The notes under the pieces: generated by a model
The model's database searches: none
What the model was told of the DNA's origin: nothing
Seen by the model: only the letters and a program-made list of their open reading frames with translations
Shown: positions 18,194-26,463 of the stretch, one piece after another
How the letters are laid out: every line of letters starts with the position of its first letter
How positions within the stretch are numbered: the first letter of the stretch is position 1
Assembly (NCBI GenBank): GCA_031425655.1
Contig: JANPJS010000326.1
Span: forward strand, 1 to 47,353
Direction: 5' to 3'
Length of the DNA stretch: 47,353 bases
From: Abditibacteriaceae bacterium
GTDB lineage: Bacteria > Armatimonadota > Abditibacteriia > Abditibacteriales > Abditibacteriaceae
Position numbers and translations under genes: made by a program

Positions 18194-18655
18194 CTTATCG
18201 AACCGCCAGTTTTCGGTCAAAAGGTTCGGCACCATTGAATAACAATCGGACGTAAATTGGACACACGATTGGTCTGGCAGGAGCAGCACACAGCGACTAA
18301 AATCTCAAAGAGAAGGTTTGACCTGCTCCAGAAAATCGGGCGCGTCATTTGCTAAATAGCGCGCAGACCTTGCAGGTCGAAATTTAGACGGACACTTTAC
18401 AACAGAGAGACAGGCCGATGCTGTTTATAGGCCAGCTTTGTTTAATAAATGGACTCAACGTTAAGAGTCGAGATTACGGTGAGGCCGGCCATGAAAAGGC
18501 CGCCGTAAATTCAGCGGTGTGAGCGCACGCAGTCGGTTCTGAACCTACTTCGCGCGCAGCACAGATTCGTCATGGATTGCGGATCACGACCTGTAAATTT
18601 CGCGGTTGATTAACCGCAGCACACCGAAATCGTTGATTTCGGAGGAGAAACATTT

Positions 18656-19408
18656 ATGACTTTCTCACGCAAAGGGCGCACCGCTCTTTTGGGCGCCGGA
18701 GCCATCGCCGTAGTGGCGCTGGGATTTGCCGCCAGCTACCGGGCGACCGCCTCAGACCACGCAGGAACAACAGAAACTGTCCGCAAGCCGGGCATAGATT
18801 TGTCCGACCTGCACATTTTTCCCGGCAGTGATCCGAAAAACGTCGTTTTAGCCATGAGCGTCCGGCCTTTAATTCCCGCCGGACAGGGAACACCCGACAA
18901 GTTTTCGTTTGATACCGATGTGCTGTATCAATTCAAAATTGATAACACCGGCGACAACATCGAAGACCTCGTTATTCAGGCCCGCTTCGAGGGCACCGGC
19001 GCCGAGCAAAAAGTGTTCATCTCCGGGCCGGTCAAACCGAGCCGCATCGGCACCACCACGGTTTTTGAAAAGTCAGACACCGCCAGAGGTCAGATTAACC
19101 AGACCTTTGCGCCCACGCCCGGCATGAAAGTTTTCACCGGCCCGCGCGAAGACCCTTTCTTTATTGACCTTGAGCAACTGGGCAACATTTTGCCCGACCG
19201 ACTGGTTCCGCCCGGCCTGAAACCGCCGGTTCCTGCCTCACAGGCCAACGTGCCTCAAGCGACTTCGTGGCGTCCGCCGGGCCAGGCCAGAGACTTTTTG
19301 GCTAACTTCAACGTGCTGGCGATTGTCGTCGAGCTTCCCAAAGCCCGTCTGGGCGGCAACACCATCCGCGTTTGGGAAACCACCAGTGTTGCGGGCGCCG
19401 TCCGCTAA
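18656..19408 (+). CDS. DUF4331 family protein (N-terminal half type), secreted
   Basis: Signal peptide then SDH; DLSDLHIF, YQFKIDNTGD, GPREDPFFIDL and NVLAIVVELP motifs. Confidence 0.85.
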   Translation: MTFSRKGRTALLGAGAIAVVALGFAASYRATASDHAGTTETVRKPGIDLSDLHIFPGSDPKNVVLAMSVRPLIPAGQGTPDKFSFDTDVLYQFKIDNTGDNIEDLVIQARFEGTGAEQKVFISGPVKPSRIGTTTVFEKSDTARGQINQTFAPTPGMKVFTGPREDPFFIDLEQLGNILPDRLVPPGLKPPVPASQANVPQATSWRPPGQARDFLANFNVLAIVVELPKARLGGNTIRVWETTSVAGAVR

Positions 19409-19465
19409 AAAAAGGCTTCTTTTTCAGAATTCAACCTGAAATTTGGTCAGAAAGGCAAGTTTTCC

Positions 19466-20098
19466 ATGAAAACCATTTTAAAACTCAGTGTGGCAGCAGG
19501 ACTGGCCGTTGTTGCGGTAGCCGGTTGCAGCGGTAGTGGCAGTAGTGGCCTCGGCGCCGGCAGTTTAGGCGCCGCAAGCTCGGATTCAGGAAGCGCCAGC
19601 TTCAGCGACGGCGGCCCCAACGTAACTTATGTGCAGCAGGATCGTCTGGCGCGGCCCGTGGTGAACGAAGTGCTGGCTACGTTCGCGAACCGACGCCATT
19701 ACATCAACGACACCAACAACCCGACGAATGATTCGGCGCAATTGAAGAACGACATCGAAAGTTTTCTGACGTTTCCGGCAGGTCGTTCGCGGGCCATCAA
19801 AGATGTCATCAAATCCGTTTTAGTGCCGGACGTTATGATCGCCGATTTGTCTAAACCCGGCCCCGCTGCCTATTTAGGCGTGGAAACCGGAGGAGCCACC
19901 GGCAGCACCTTCGGAGGTCGTAAGCTGACCGACGACGTAACCGACACCTCGTTAGCCGTCATCTTTGGCAACGCCATTCCCGCTATTACGGGCGTGCCGG
20001 ACGACGGCAAAGAAATCCCGTCGCTCACCAGCGACAACGTCGGCCCCGGCGGCAAGCGTTTCACGAACACGTTTCCTTATTTAGGAGCGCCTCGATAG
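19466..20098 (+). CDS. DUF4331 family lipoprotein (C-terminal half type)
   Basis: VAGC lipobox and Ser/Gly linker; QQDRLARPVVNE, GGRKLTDDVTD and FPYLGAP motifs. Confidence 0.85.
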   Translation: MKTILKLSVAAGLAVVAVAGCSGSGSSGLGAGSLGAASSDSGSASFSDGGPNVTYVQQDRLARPVVNEVLATFANRRHYINDTNNPTNDSAQLKNDIESFLTFPAGRSRAIKDVIKSVLVPDVMIADLSKPGPAAYLGVETGGATGSTFGGRKLTDDVTDTSLAVIFGNAIPAITGVPDDGKEIPSLTSDNVGPGGKRFTNTFPYLGAPR

Positions 20099-20147
20099 GC
20101 ACCGCAGTGACGTAATCTCTGACCGCGCCCATCGCGCGGCTGACGAT

Positions 20148-20202
20148 AAAATCGGGCCTCCGAAGAGAAGGGTTCGCTCTTCGCTTTGAAGGCCCGATTT
20201 TT
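20148..20202 (+). terminator. Branched hairpin, possible terminator after the DUF4331 pair
   Basis: AAAATCGGGCCT / AGGCCCGATTTT stem with inner CGAAGAG / CTCTTCG hairpin. Confidence 0.55.
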
Positions 20203-20210
20203 GGTTTAAA

Positions 20211-20405
20211 TAGCCCAAGTTGCTACCCGTTTGAAGAGCAACTACGTCGCTCATGCCCCCATCCAACTTCCCCCACTGGGGGAAGAGCCGGGTTTCTCAA
20301 GGAATTTTGCCTGTGAAAAGCGTAGCTCTTCCCCCAGTGGGGAAGTTGGATGGGGGCTAAATGCGGCTCCATTACTTCGGATGCGATAGGTAGCAACGTG
20401 GGTTA
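20211..20405. mobile_element. Nested palindromic MITE/REP-like element
   Basis: Outer 17-bp inverted repeats (20211-20227 / 20389-20405, 15/17) enclose 33-34-bp inner arms (20255-20288 / 20325-20357). Confidence 0.75.
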
Positions 20406-20418
20406 AATATCGTCCATT

Positions 20419-21756
20419 ATGCGCATTTCGTGGCCTTTTCTGATTATTTTAGGCATTTGCAGCGCGCTGGCGGGTGCCGGAGCGTTTTCCGCTGCGCGCG
20501 TGAAATTGGCGCCGACGCCGGTTGCGCCGCCACAAATCGCGCCCAAGCCGCGTGCGCCGTATGACCCAAATCTGGTGCATCAGACGCTGGAGTTTTGGGC
20601 CAAACAAGCGAAAAGCGATCCGCAGGGCGCCATCGCGCAATCCTCACTGGCGCATTGGTATTTGGAAAGCTACCGCGAAACCGGCGACATCGCCGACGCC
20701 ATACGCGCCGAGCAAGCCGCGCGCAAATCGCTGGCGCTGCGCACGCGCAACAACGACACCGCGCTGTCTCAGCTTTCACGCAGCTTGGTCGTGCAGCATC
20801 GCTTTCCCGAAGCGTTAGTCATCGCACGGCGCGCGGCGCTGTATAACCCGGAAGCCTATCGGCAATGTGCCGACATCGAAATCGAAGTTGGCGATTACAA
20901 AGGCGCCGGGCGCGATCTGGCGCGCTCACGCTCCTCGAACGGCGACCCCGCTTATTTAGCTTTGACCGCGCGTTTGTGCGAAATCCGAGGCGAAAACGCG
21001 CAAGCGTTGGATTTGCTGCAAAAAGCGGCAAAACTGGCCGATGCAAACCCCGATATGCCCGCGCAAAGCGTGGCGTGGTTTCACGAGCGATTGGGCCACA
21101 TTTTGTTTCAAACGGGCCGATTGAACGAAGCAGAACAAAGTTATCGGGCCGGATTGCAGGTTTTCCCGCGCGATTATCGCACGATGGCGGCTCTGGCGCG
21201 TTTGAACGCGGCGCGCAACAATTGGGCGCAGAGTATCGAATGGGCCAAACGCGCCACTGAAATCGTGCCTGCGCCGGAAATTATTGCGCTTTCCGGCGAT
21301 GCTTACACCGCGTTGGGCAAAACGCAGGAAGCGCAGCGCCAATATCGTCTGGTCGAGCAAATGGCCGCTTTATCCAAAGCGCAGGGCGTCACCCACGACC
21401 GCCAGCGCGCTCTGTTTTATGCCGATCACAACCGCAATTTACCCGAAGCTCTGGCTTCGGCGCGCGGCGAATTGAAGCTGCGCAAAGACATTTACACTTA
21501 CGATACGTTGGCCTGGGTGCTTTACAAAAACGGCAAGCTGGCTGAAGCGCAAACTTTCTCGAATAAAGCCTTAGCACACGGCACGCAGGACGCCTCGCTG
21601 TGGTATCACGCAGGTGTAATCGCCAATGCCTTGTCGCAGCGCGAACGAGCGCGCAACGCTTTCAAGCGCGCCTTAGCGATCAATCCGAATTTCCATCCCA
21701 CCGCGCCGCGTCAAGTGCGCGCCCTGCTCGCCCGACTGGACAGCGCATCGCCATGA
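20419..21756 (+). CDS. Tetratricopeptide repeat protein, secreted or membrane-anchored
   Basis: N-terminal hydrophobic segment and multiple TPR helices (e.g. YDTLAWVLYKNGKLAEA, LWYHAGVIA..ALAINPNF). Confidence 0.9.
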   Translation: MRISWPFLIILGICSALAGAGAFSAARVKLAPTPVAPPQIAPKPRAPYDPNLVHQTLEFWAKQAKSDPQGAIAQSSLAHWYLESYRETGDIADAIRAEQAARKSLALRTRNNDTALSQLSRSLVVQHRFPEALVIARRAALYNPEAYRQCADIEIEVGDYKGAGRDLARSRSSNGDPAYLALTARLCEIRGENAQALDLLQKAAKLADANPDMPAQSVAWFHERLGHILFQTGRLNEAEQSYRAGLQVFPRDYRTMAALARLNAARNNWAQSIEWAKRATEIVPAPEIIALSGDAYTALGKTQEAQRQYRLVEQMAALSKAQGVTHDRQRALFYADHNRNLPEALASARGELKLRKDIYTYDTLAWVLYKNGKLAEAQTFSNKALAHGTQDASLWYHAGVIANALSQRERARNAFKRALAINPNFHPTAPRQVRALLARLDSASP

Positions 21757-23306
21757 AAATCACCTCGAAGTTATGGATATTGGCGCTCTTTTGCGCAGGG
21801 CTATGCGTTGCGCCGCGCCACGTATCGGCGCATCCGATGGGCAACTTTTCCATTAACCACTACGCACGCTTTGAAGCTGGGCCAAGCCTGCTCAAACTGC
21901 GTTACATCGTAGATTTCGCGGAAATCCCAACTTCGGAACGAATGCCGGAACTGGATAAAGACGGCAACGGCCAGGTTTCCGACAGCGAAAAAAGTGCTTT
22001 TCTCAGCGACGAAGCGAAAAGGCTCGCCAAAGGCTTGTCTTTGAGCGTTGACACTCGTTCGGCGCCTTTAAAAGCCATAAATTCGCAGCTTGAGCTGCGA
22101 CCCGGCGCCGCTGGACTCGATACGTTGCGCGTCACCACCGATTTCACCGTTGCCTTAAAGCCCGCCGCCACGCATCGCGTTGAATATCGTGACACTAACT
22201 TCGCTGAGCGCACCGGCTGGATGGAAGTTATCGCGGTGGCCGCGCCGGGCCGCGTTATTCGTGATTCCAATGCGGCTTCCAGCGACCGCAGCCGCCAATT
22301 GACAGTCTTTCCCGCTGAGGCCGACGCAGTGCCGCCGCGCCAGAATTCCGCGACTTTCGCCATCGCCCAAAGCGGCACGACGGCCAAAACCGCAGTCGCG
22401 CCGCCGACGGAATTAAATCAATCTGCGGTTCAACCGGCGGAGGCTTCGCAGACGCCGCACAACCGTTTCACGCAAACGATTGCCGCGCCAAAGCTGACTT
22501 TTCAAACCATGCTGCTCGGCGTGCTGGTCGCGCTGGCCTTCGGAGCGGTTCACGCGCTGTCGCCGGGGCACGGCAAAACCATGGTTGCGGCTTATCTGGT
22601 CGGTTCGCGCGGCACGGCGCGTCACGCGGTTTTGTTAGGCGCCGTCGTCACGATCACGCATACCATTGGCGTTTTCGCGCTGGGTTTGATTACGCTTTTC
22701 GCCACGCGCTACATCATGCCCGAACGCTTGTATCCGGCGTTAAGCGCGGCCAGCGGCCTGATGATTTTCGGCGTCGGTCTGTGGCTTTTAATGAGTCGCT
22801 GGCAAGGTTTGTCCGCAGCCGGTCATCATTCGCACCACGACCACGATCACGCGCATGGGCACGAACACAGCCACGATCACGAACACGATCACAGTCATGA
22901 ACATGGCCACAGCCATTCACACGATGGCTTAGTGCATTCGCACGGCGGGCGAGCGCATTCGCACGCTATTCCCGAAGGCCCGGTGACGGCGCGGACGCTG
23001 GTATTGCTCGGTATTTCGGGCGGCATCGTGCCCTGCCCCGAAGCCCTTGTAGTTTTGCTGGCCGCCATCAAGATGCACCGCATCGGATATGGTATGGTTC
23101 TCATCGGCGCTTTCAGCGTGGGACTGGCAGCGGCCCTGATTGCGATTGGCCTCGCGGTCGTTTCGGCGCGCCAGAAGCTAAGTAATCTTGACCGTTTTTC
23201 TACCGGCAGCGCGCTCATGCGCTATTTGCCGGTTGGCAGCGCCGCGATTATTACACTGATCGGCATCGCCATGACGCTGAGCGCCGCCGGTTCCGGTGCG
23301 CCTTGA
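21753..23306 (+). CDS. RcnA/NicO-like Ni/Co transporter fused to an N-terminal exported domain
   Basis: ATGA overlap with the TPR gene; signal ending VSA-HPMGNF; HALSPGHGKT, THT.GV, long His-rich loop and GGIVPCPEAL. Confidence 0.88.
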   Translation: MKITSKLWILALFCAGLCVAPRHVSAHPMGNFSINHYARFEAGPSLLKLRYIVDFAEIPTSERMPELDKDGNGQVSDSEKSAFLSDEAKRLAKGLSLSVDTRSAPLKAINSQLELRPGAAGLDTLRVTTDFTVALKPAATHRVEYRDTNFAERTGWMEVIAVAAPGRVIRDSNAASSDRSRQLTVFPAEADAVPPRQNSATFAIAQSGTTAKTAVAPPTELNQSAVQPAEASQTPHNRFTQTIAAPKLTFQTMLLGVLVALAFGAVHALSPGHGKTMVAAYLVGSRGTARHAVLLGAVVTITHTIGVFALGLITLFATRYIMPERLYPALSAASGLMIFGVGLWLLMSRWQGLSAAGHHSHHDHDHAHGHEHSHDHEHDHSHEHGHSHSHDGLVHSHGGRAHSHAIPEGPVTARTLVLLGISGGIVPCPEALVVLLAAIKMHRIGYGMVLIGAFSVGLAAALIAIGLAVVSARQKLSNLDRFSTGSALMRYLPVGSAAIITLIGIAMTLSAAGSGAP

Positions 23307-23331
23307 TTGGCACTTTGGTGGAGAAAAATAT

Positions 23332-24033
23332 ATGACTTTAGCGTTTATCCTGCTGTTATTCGGCGCCTGCGTATTGGGCATGACGCACGCTTTTGAAGTG
23401 GATCACATGACCGCTGTTTCGGCGTTCGTGGCCCGCAAACCTACGCCGCGCCACGCCGCAATGTTCGGCATCAAATGGGCGGTCGGACACGGCCTCAGCC
23501 TGCTTTTGCTCGGCTCGATTTTGTATTTGCTGCGCCTGACGATTTCCGACGGCTTGGCCGGTTCGCTCGAACGATTGGTCGGCGTCGCCTTGTTTGTGCT
23601 GGGCCTGTGGACGCTGACACAGCTTCGCACCGGCATTATCGGCCACACGCACGACCACCAACACTCGCCCGAAGAATTAGCCGCGCTCCAGGCGGAAGGC
23701 GTGGCTGCTCCGATTCACAAACACACACACGCTGACGGCACGACGCATTCGCATTCGCACGATTCGTTTTGGATGGGAATGCTGCACGGCGCGGCGGGCA
23801 CGGCGGCGTTCGTTGGACAATCCCTTGTCGCCGTTTCGCAAAGCTACTGGAAGGTTTTCGCGTTCACGATAGCTTTCAGCGTCGGCGTGCTGATTGCGAT
23901 GGGCGCCTATTCCGCCGCGCTGGGCAGCGTTCTCACCTTAGGCGGGCGCCGTTCGCATAACGTCATTTCCGGCGTGCGCGCTTTGACTGGAATCTGGGCC
24001 TGCGGGGTCGGCATTTACTGGGTTTTCAAGTGA
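23332..24033 (+). CDS. UreH/DsbD_2-like Ni transporter-family membrane protein
   Basis: GMTHAFEVDH, WAVGH, His-rich loop and GMLHGAAGTAA; multiple TM helices. Confidence 0.85.
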   Translation: MTLAFILLLFGACVLGMTHAFEVDHMTAVSAFVARKPTPRHAAMFGIKWAVGHGLSLLLLGSILYLLRLTISDGLAGSLERLVGVALFVLGLWTLTQLRTGIIGHTHDHQHSPEELAALQAEGVAAPIHKHTHADGTTHSHSHDSFWMGMLHGAAGTAAFVGQSLVAVSQSYWKVFAFTIAFSVGVLIAMGAYSAALGSVLTLGGRRSHNVISGVRALTGIWACGVGIYWVFK

Positions 24034-24130
24034 ACGACCAAGCTCACCCGCCGATGGAAGCGCAGCGACGAAGTGAGGAACGAACGAGGGAGCGAAGCTG
24101 TAGGCGGTCGGGTGCAACGCCTTGTTATCT
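24029..24130 (-). repeat. attC recombination site (102 bp)
   Basis: Minus strand: AGATAAC AAGGCG TTGCACCCGACCGCC ... GGCGGGTGAGC TTGGTC GTTCACT. Confidence 0.85.
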
Positions 24131-24152
24131 TGCTTGTTGGAATGTTGCAGTC

Positions 24153-24548
24153 TCATTTGAAGTGCTGCCACAAATACTTGATAGGCCAGAGCGTCCAAAC
24201 CAGAATGTCATACAACATTCCAAAAATGACACGCACCAACACGAACGGCAAGATGAACCAAAACCACGAAGCCGGATCAACGAAGAACATTATTATCCAA
24301 AACAGCCACGCAATATCAGATTGCAAAGAGAACGGACAGGCAACGGCGGCAACAATTAAAAAGTTGCCCATAATCATTGATTCTGCTGGTCTGGAGTCTT
24401 TGGCTCTCTTTCTTTTCCATCCGATATGTAGCTGTTGCAGATTATATGAGGCAACATGACCATAAACGAGCATAGCCGCTACGGTGATGACCCAACGAAA
24501 AAATATGAAGATGTTGCTTGATAAAATATCTTCAATATGCATAATCAA
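24153..24548 (-). CDS. Cassette-encoded membrane protein (131 aa)
   Basis: AT-rich hydrophobic ORF lying between two attC sites. Confidence 0.7.
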   Translation of the reverse strand: MIMHIEDILSSNIFIFFRWVITVAAMLVYGHVASYNLQQLHIGWKRKRAKDSRPAESMIMGNFLIVAAVACPFSLQSDIAWLFWIIMFFVDPASWFWFILPFVLVRVIFGMLYDILVWTLWPIKYLWQHFK

Positions 24549-24581
24549 AACTTACAGCATCCGAAGCATATCGCGCAAGCA

Positions 24582-24696
24582 AGCTAACGACTAAGCTCAC
24601 CCGCCGCCCGCCGAATCACGACCAATTTTGGCATAACGCGACCAAAAACTAAAATTAGCCAAACTGCGGGCGGTCGGGTGCAGCGCCTTGTTATCT
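24582..24696 (-). repeat. attC recombination site (115 bp)
   Basis: Minus strand: AGATAAC AAGGCG CTGCACCCGACCGCC ... GGCGGGTGAGC TTAGTC GTTAGCT. Confidence 0.88.
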
Positions 24697-24713
24697 TGCA
24701 TCTGAGACTACTT

Positions 24714-24935
24714 TTAGGCCCGAAACATCGGAAACAGGAGCATAGATACGCCAATCCCTGAAAGAGCGCCAATCATCGTAAATAAAGCGGCCTGTTTGAT
24801 GCGGCGAGAACTGCCAAGCAAATACGTGATAGCCCCCAAAATAACCAATATGAAACCTAAGATCATAATGCCAGCAATGAAGCTGACAAGGTAGCAAGCC
24901 ACACTAAGATAGAGGTTTGGATTATCTTCGTTCAT
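24714..24935 (-). CDS. Cassette-encoded small membrane protein (73 aa)
   Basis: Two or three hydrophobic helices; stop lies just before the attC. Confidence 0.65.
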   Translation of the reverse strand: MNEDNPNLYLSVACYLVSFIAGIMILGFILVILGAITYLLGSSRRIKQAALFTMIGALSGIGVSMLLFPMFRA

Positions 24936-25126
24936 CTTTCACAATGTTAACAATTTGGGCCAAGGAATGGGCGTTTTAGACAAAGCCGTTGAAAGTATTA
25001 CTCACCGACCAAGTAATAATGCAAGCTAACTCTTCATTAGACCGCAATTGCACCTAAATTTGCGGTCTAATATAGCAAAACGTGACTTTTGCCGCTTTCA
25101 ACAAACTGGTTCACGGACTCACCAAT

Positions 25127-26392
25127 TTAAACATTCGCACCCGACAATTTGAGAGTTGAAGGCTCTTCGCGCACTTTACCGTCCAACAAACAACTCACGT
25201 TCATGTCGCCCATCACGTTAATCGTGGTGCGGCAGCGGTCGAGGAACCAGTCCACGGTTAAGAGCAGCGGAATTTGCTCTATTGGCAGGCCGACTGCGGT
25301 GAAAACCAGCGTCATCGTGACTAAACCGGCTTCGGGAATGCCCGCCGCGCCGACGCTGGCAATCACCGAAGTCACGACCACTAAAAATTGCTGCGACAGT
25401 GTCAAGTCCATGCCGAGCATCTGGGCGATAAAAAGCGCCGACATCGCTTCATAAAGCGCCGTGCCGTCGTTGTTGAAGTTGGCGCCGACTAATGCGCCCA
25501 TGCCCGCCGATTGCTCGCGCAAGCCGACACGATCTTTCAATCTCGAATAAGTCACTGGCATCGTCGCCGTCGAACTGGCTGTGGAAAACGCCATGACTAA
25601 GGCATCGCGCGTGTCGCGCAGCAACGCGACGGGCCGCACCCAACTGCCCAGACGAATGCGCACCAGATAATAAGTCGCCTGCAAAAGCAGCGCGAGAATC
25701 ACGGCTAATACGAACTTGCCCAGACTTTGAAAATCGCTAAAACCTTTGGTGCCCACGATGCTGGCCACGATGCCTAAAATCGCAAAGGGAATCACGTCAA
25801 TGATCCAGTGCAAAACCGTGATAAAGGCGCGCATCGTCAGCTCGACCAAATCCTGAACGGTGCGAATTTCGGTGTTTTTCTCTTTGCGGAGCGCCAATCC
25901 CAGCGCCAGAGCAATGAAAATCACGCCCAGCACTTTGCCGTCGTCGGTTAATGGCCCCAGCAGGCTTTTCGGCACGTTGTCGAGAAATTGCGCGAGAATG
26001 TCTTTGGGCGCATCGCTTTTCGATTCGGGAGACGGCGGCGTCACCTGCGACCCGCGTCCCGGTTGGATGACGTTGGCCACCAACAAACCGATAAAAATCG
26101 CCATCAGCGTGTTGAGAATCAACAAGCCGAACATCCTAACGGTGGTGTTGCCGCGCAAATCGGCGGTCATCAGCGCGTGAATAATCGCCACCAAAATCAA
26201 AGCGGGCGCCAGCGCACCGAGCAAGCGCAGCACCAGTTTGCTGGGAATCGCCCAACTTGCCGTCGCCGGCCCCAGCACGGCGCCGCAGATTACGCCGATA
26301 ATCAGCGCGCCGAGGATGCGCAAATACAGCGGCGTGTTGTGCCAGCGAGCGAGAACGCCCGGCGCGGCGTGTTCCACAGTGGTTTCAGTCAT
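25127..26392 (-). CDS. Dicarboxylate/amino acid:cation symporter (DAACS, GltP-like)
   Basis: AFSTASSTATMP, NNDGTALYE, SVGAAGIP and DWFLDRCRTTINVMGD. Confidence 0.95.
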   Translation of the reverse strand: MTETTVEHAAPGVLARWHNTPLYLRILGALIIGVICGAVLGPATASWAIPSKLVLRLLGALAPALILVAIIHALMTADLRGNTTVRMFGLLILNTLMAIFIGLLVANVIQPGRGSQVTPPSPESKSDAPKDILAQFLDNVPKSLLGPLTDDGKVLGVIFIALALGLALRKEKNTEIRTVQDLVELTMRAFITVLHWIIDVIPFAILGIVASIVGTKGFSDFQSLGKFVLAVILALLLQATYYLVRIRLGSWVRPVALLRDTRDALVMAFSTASSTATMPVTYSRLKDRVGLREQSAGMGALVGANFNNDGTALYEAMSALFIAQMLGMDLTLSQQFLVVVTSVIASVGAAGIPEAGLVTMTLVFTAVGLPIEQIPLLLTVDWFLDRCRTTINVMGDMNVSCLLDGKVREEPSTLKLSGANV

Positions 26393-26463
26393 TACGCGCC
26401 AGTTTATTAAATTCGCCTTGCCGCCGATGCGAAAATCACGTTAGGCTTGCTTATCCCAACGCC

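Larger units (their letters stand above)
24029..25071 (-). mobile_element. Integron-type cassette array without an integrase in the window (CALIN-like), two cassettes
   Basis: Two attC sites, two AT-rich short ORFs in the same orientation, and an upstream GTTAGCT core site. Confidence 0.8.

Noticed and set aside
18400..18510. NiCo (czcD) riboswitch upstream of the metal-related operon
   Set aside because: Only a CAGGC-like fragment is present; I could not build the four-way junction by eye. An Rfam scan would be decisive.
21600..21752. Upstream extension of the transporter ORF
   Set aside because: Overlaps the TPR gene; the ATGA-coupled start at 21753 gives a clean signal peptide.
22820..22965. 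CAC/GAN-rich tandem repeats as a DNA repeat element
   Set aside because: They encode the His-rich loop of the Ni/Co transporter.
23938..24459. ORFs 23938-24198, 24030-24359 and 24073-24459
   Set aside because: They run through the attC site or lie antisense to the cassette gene.
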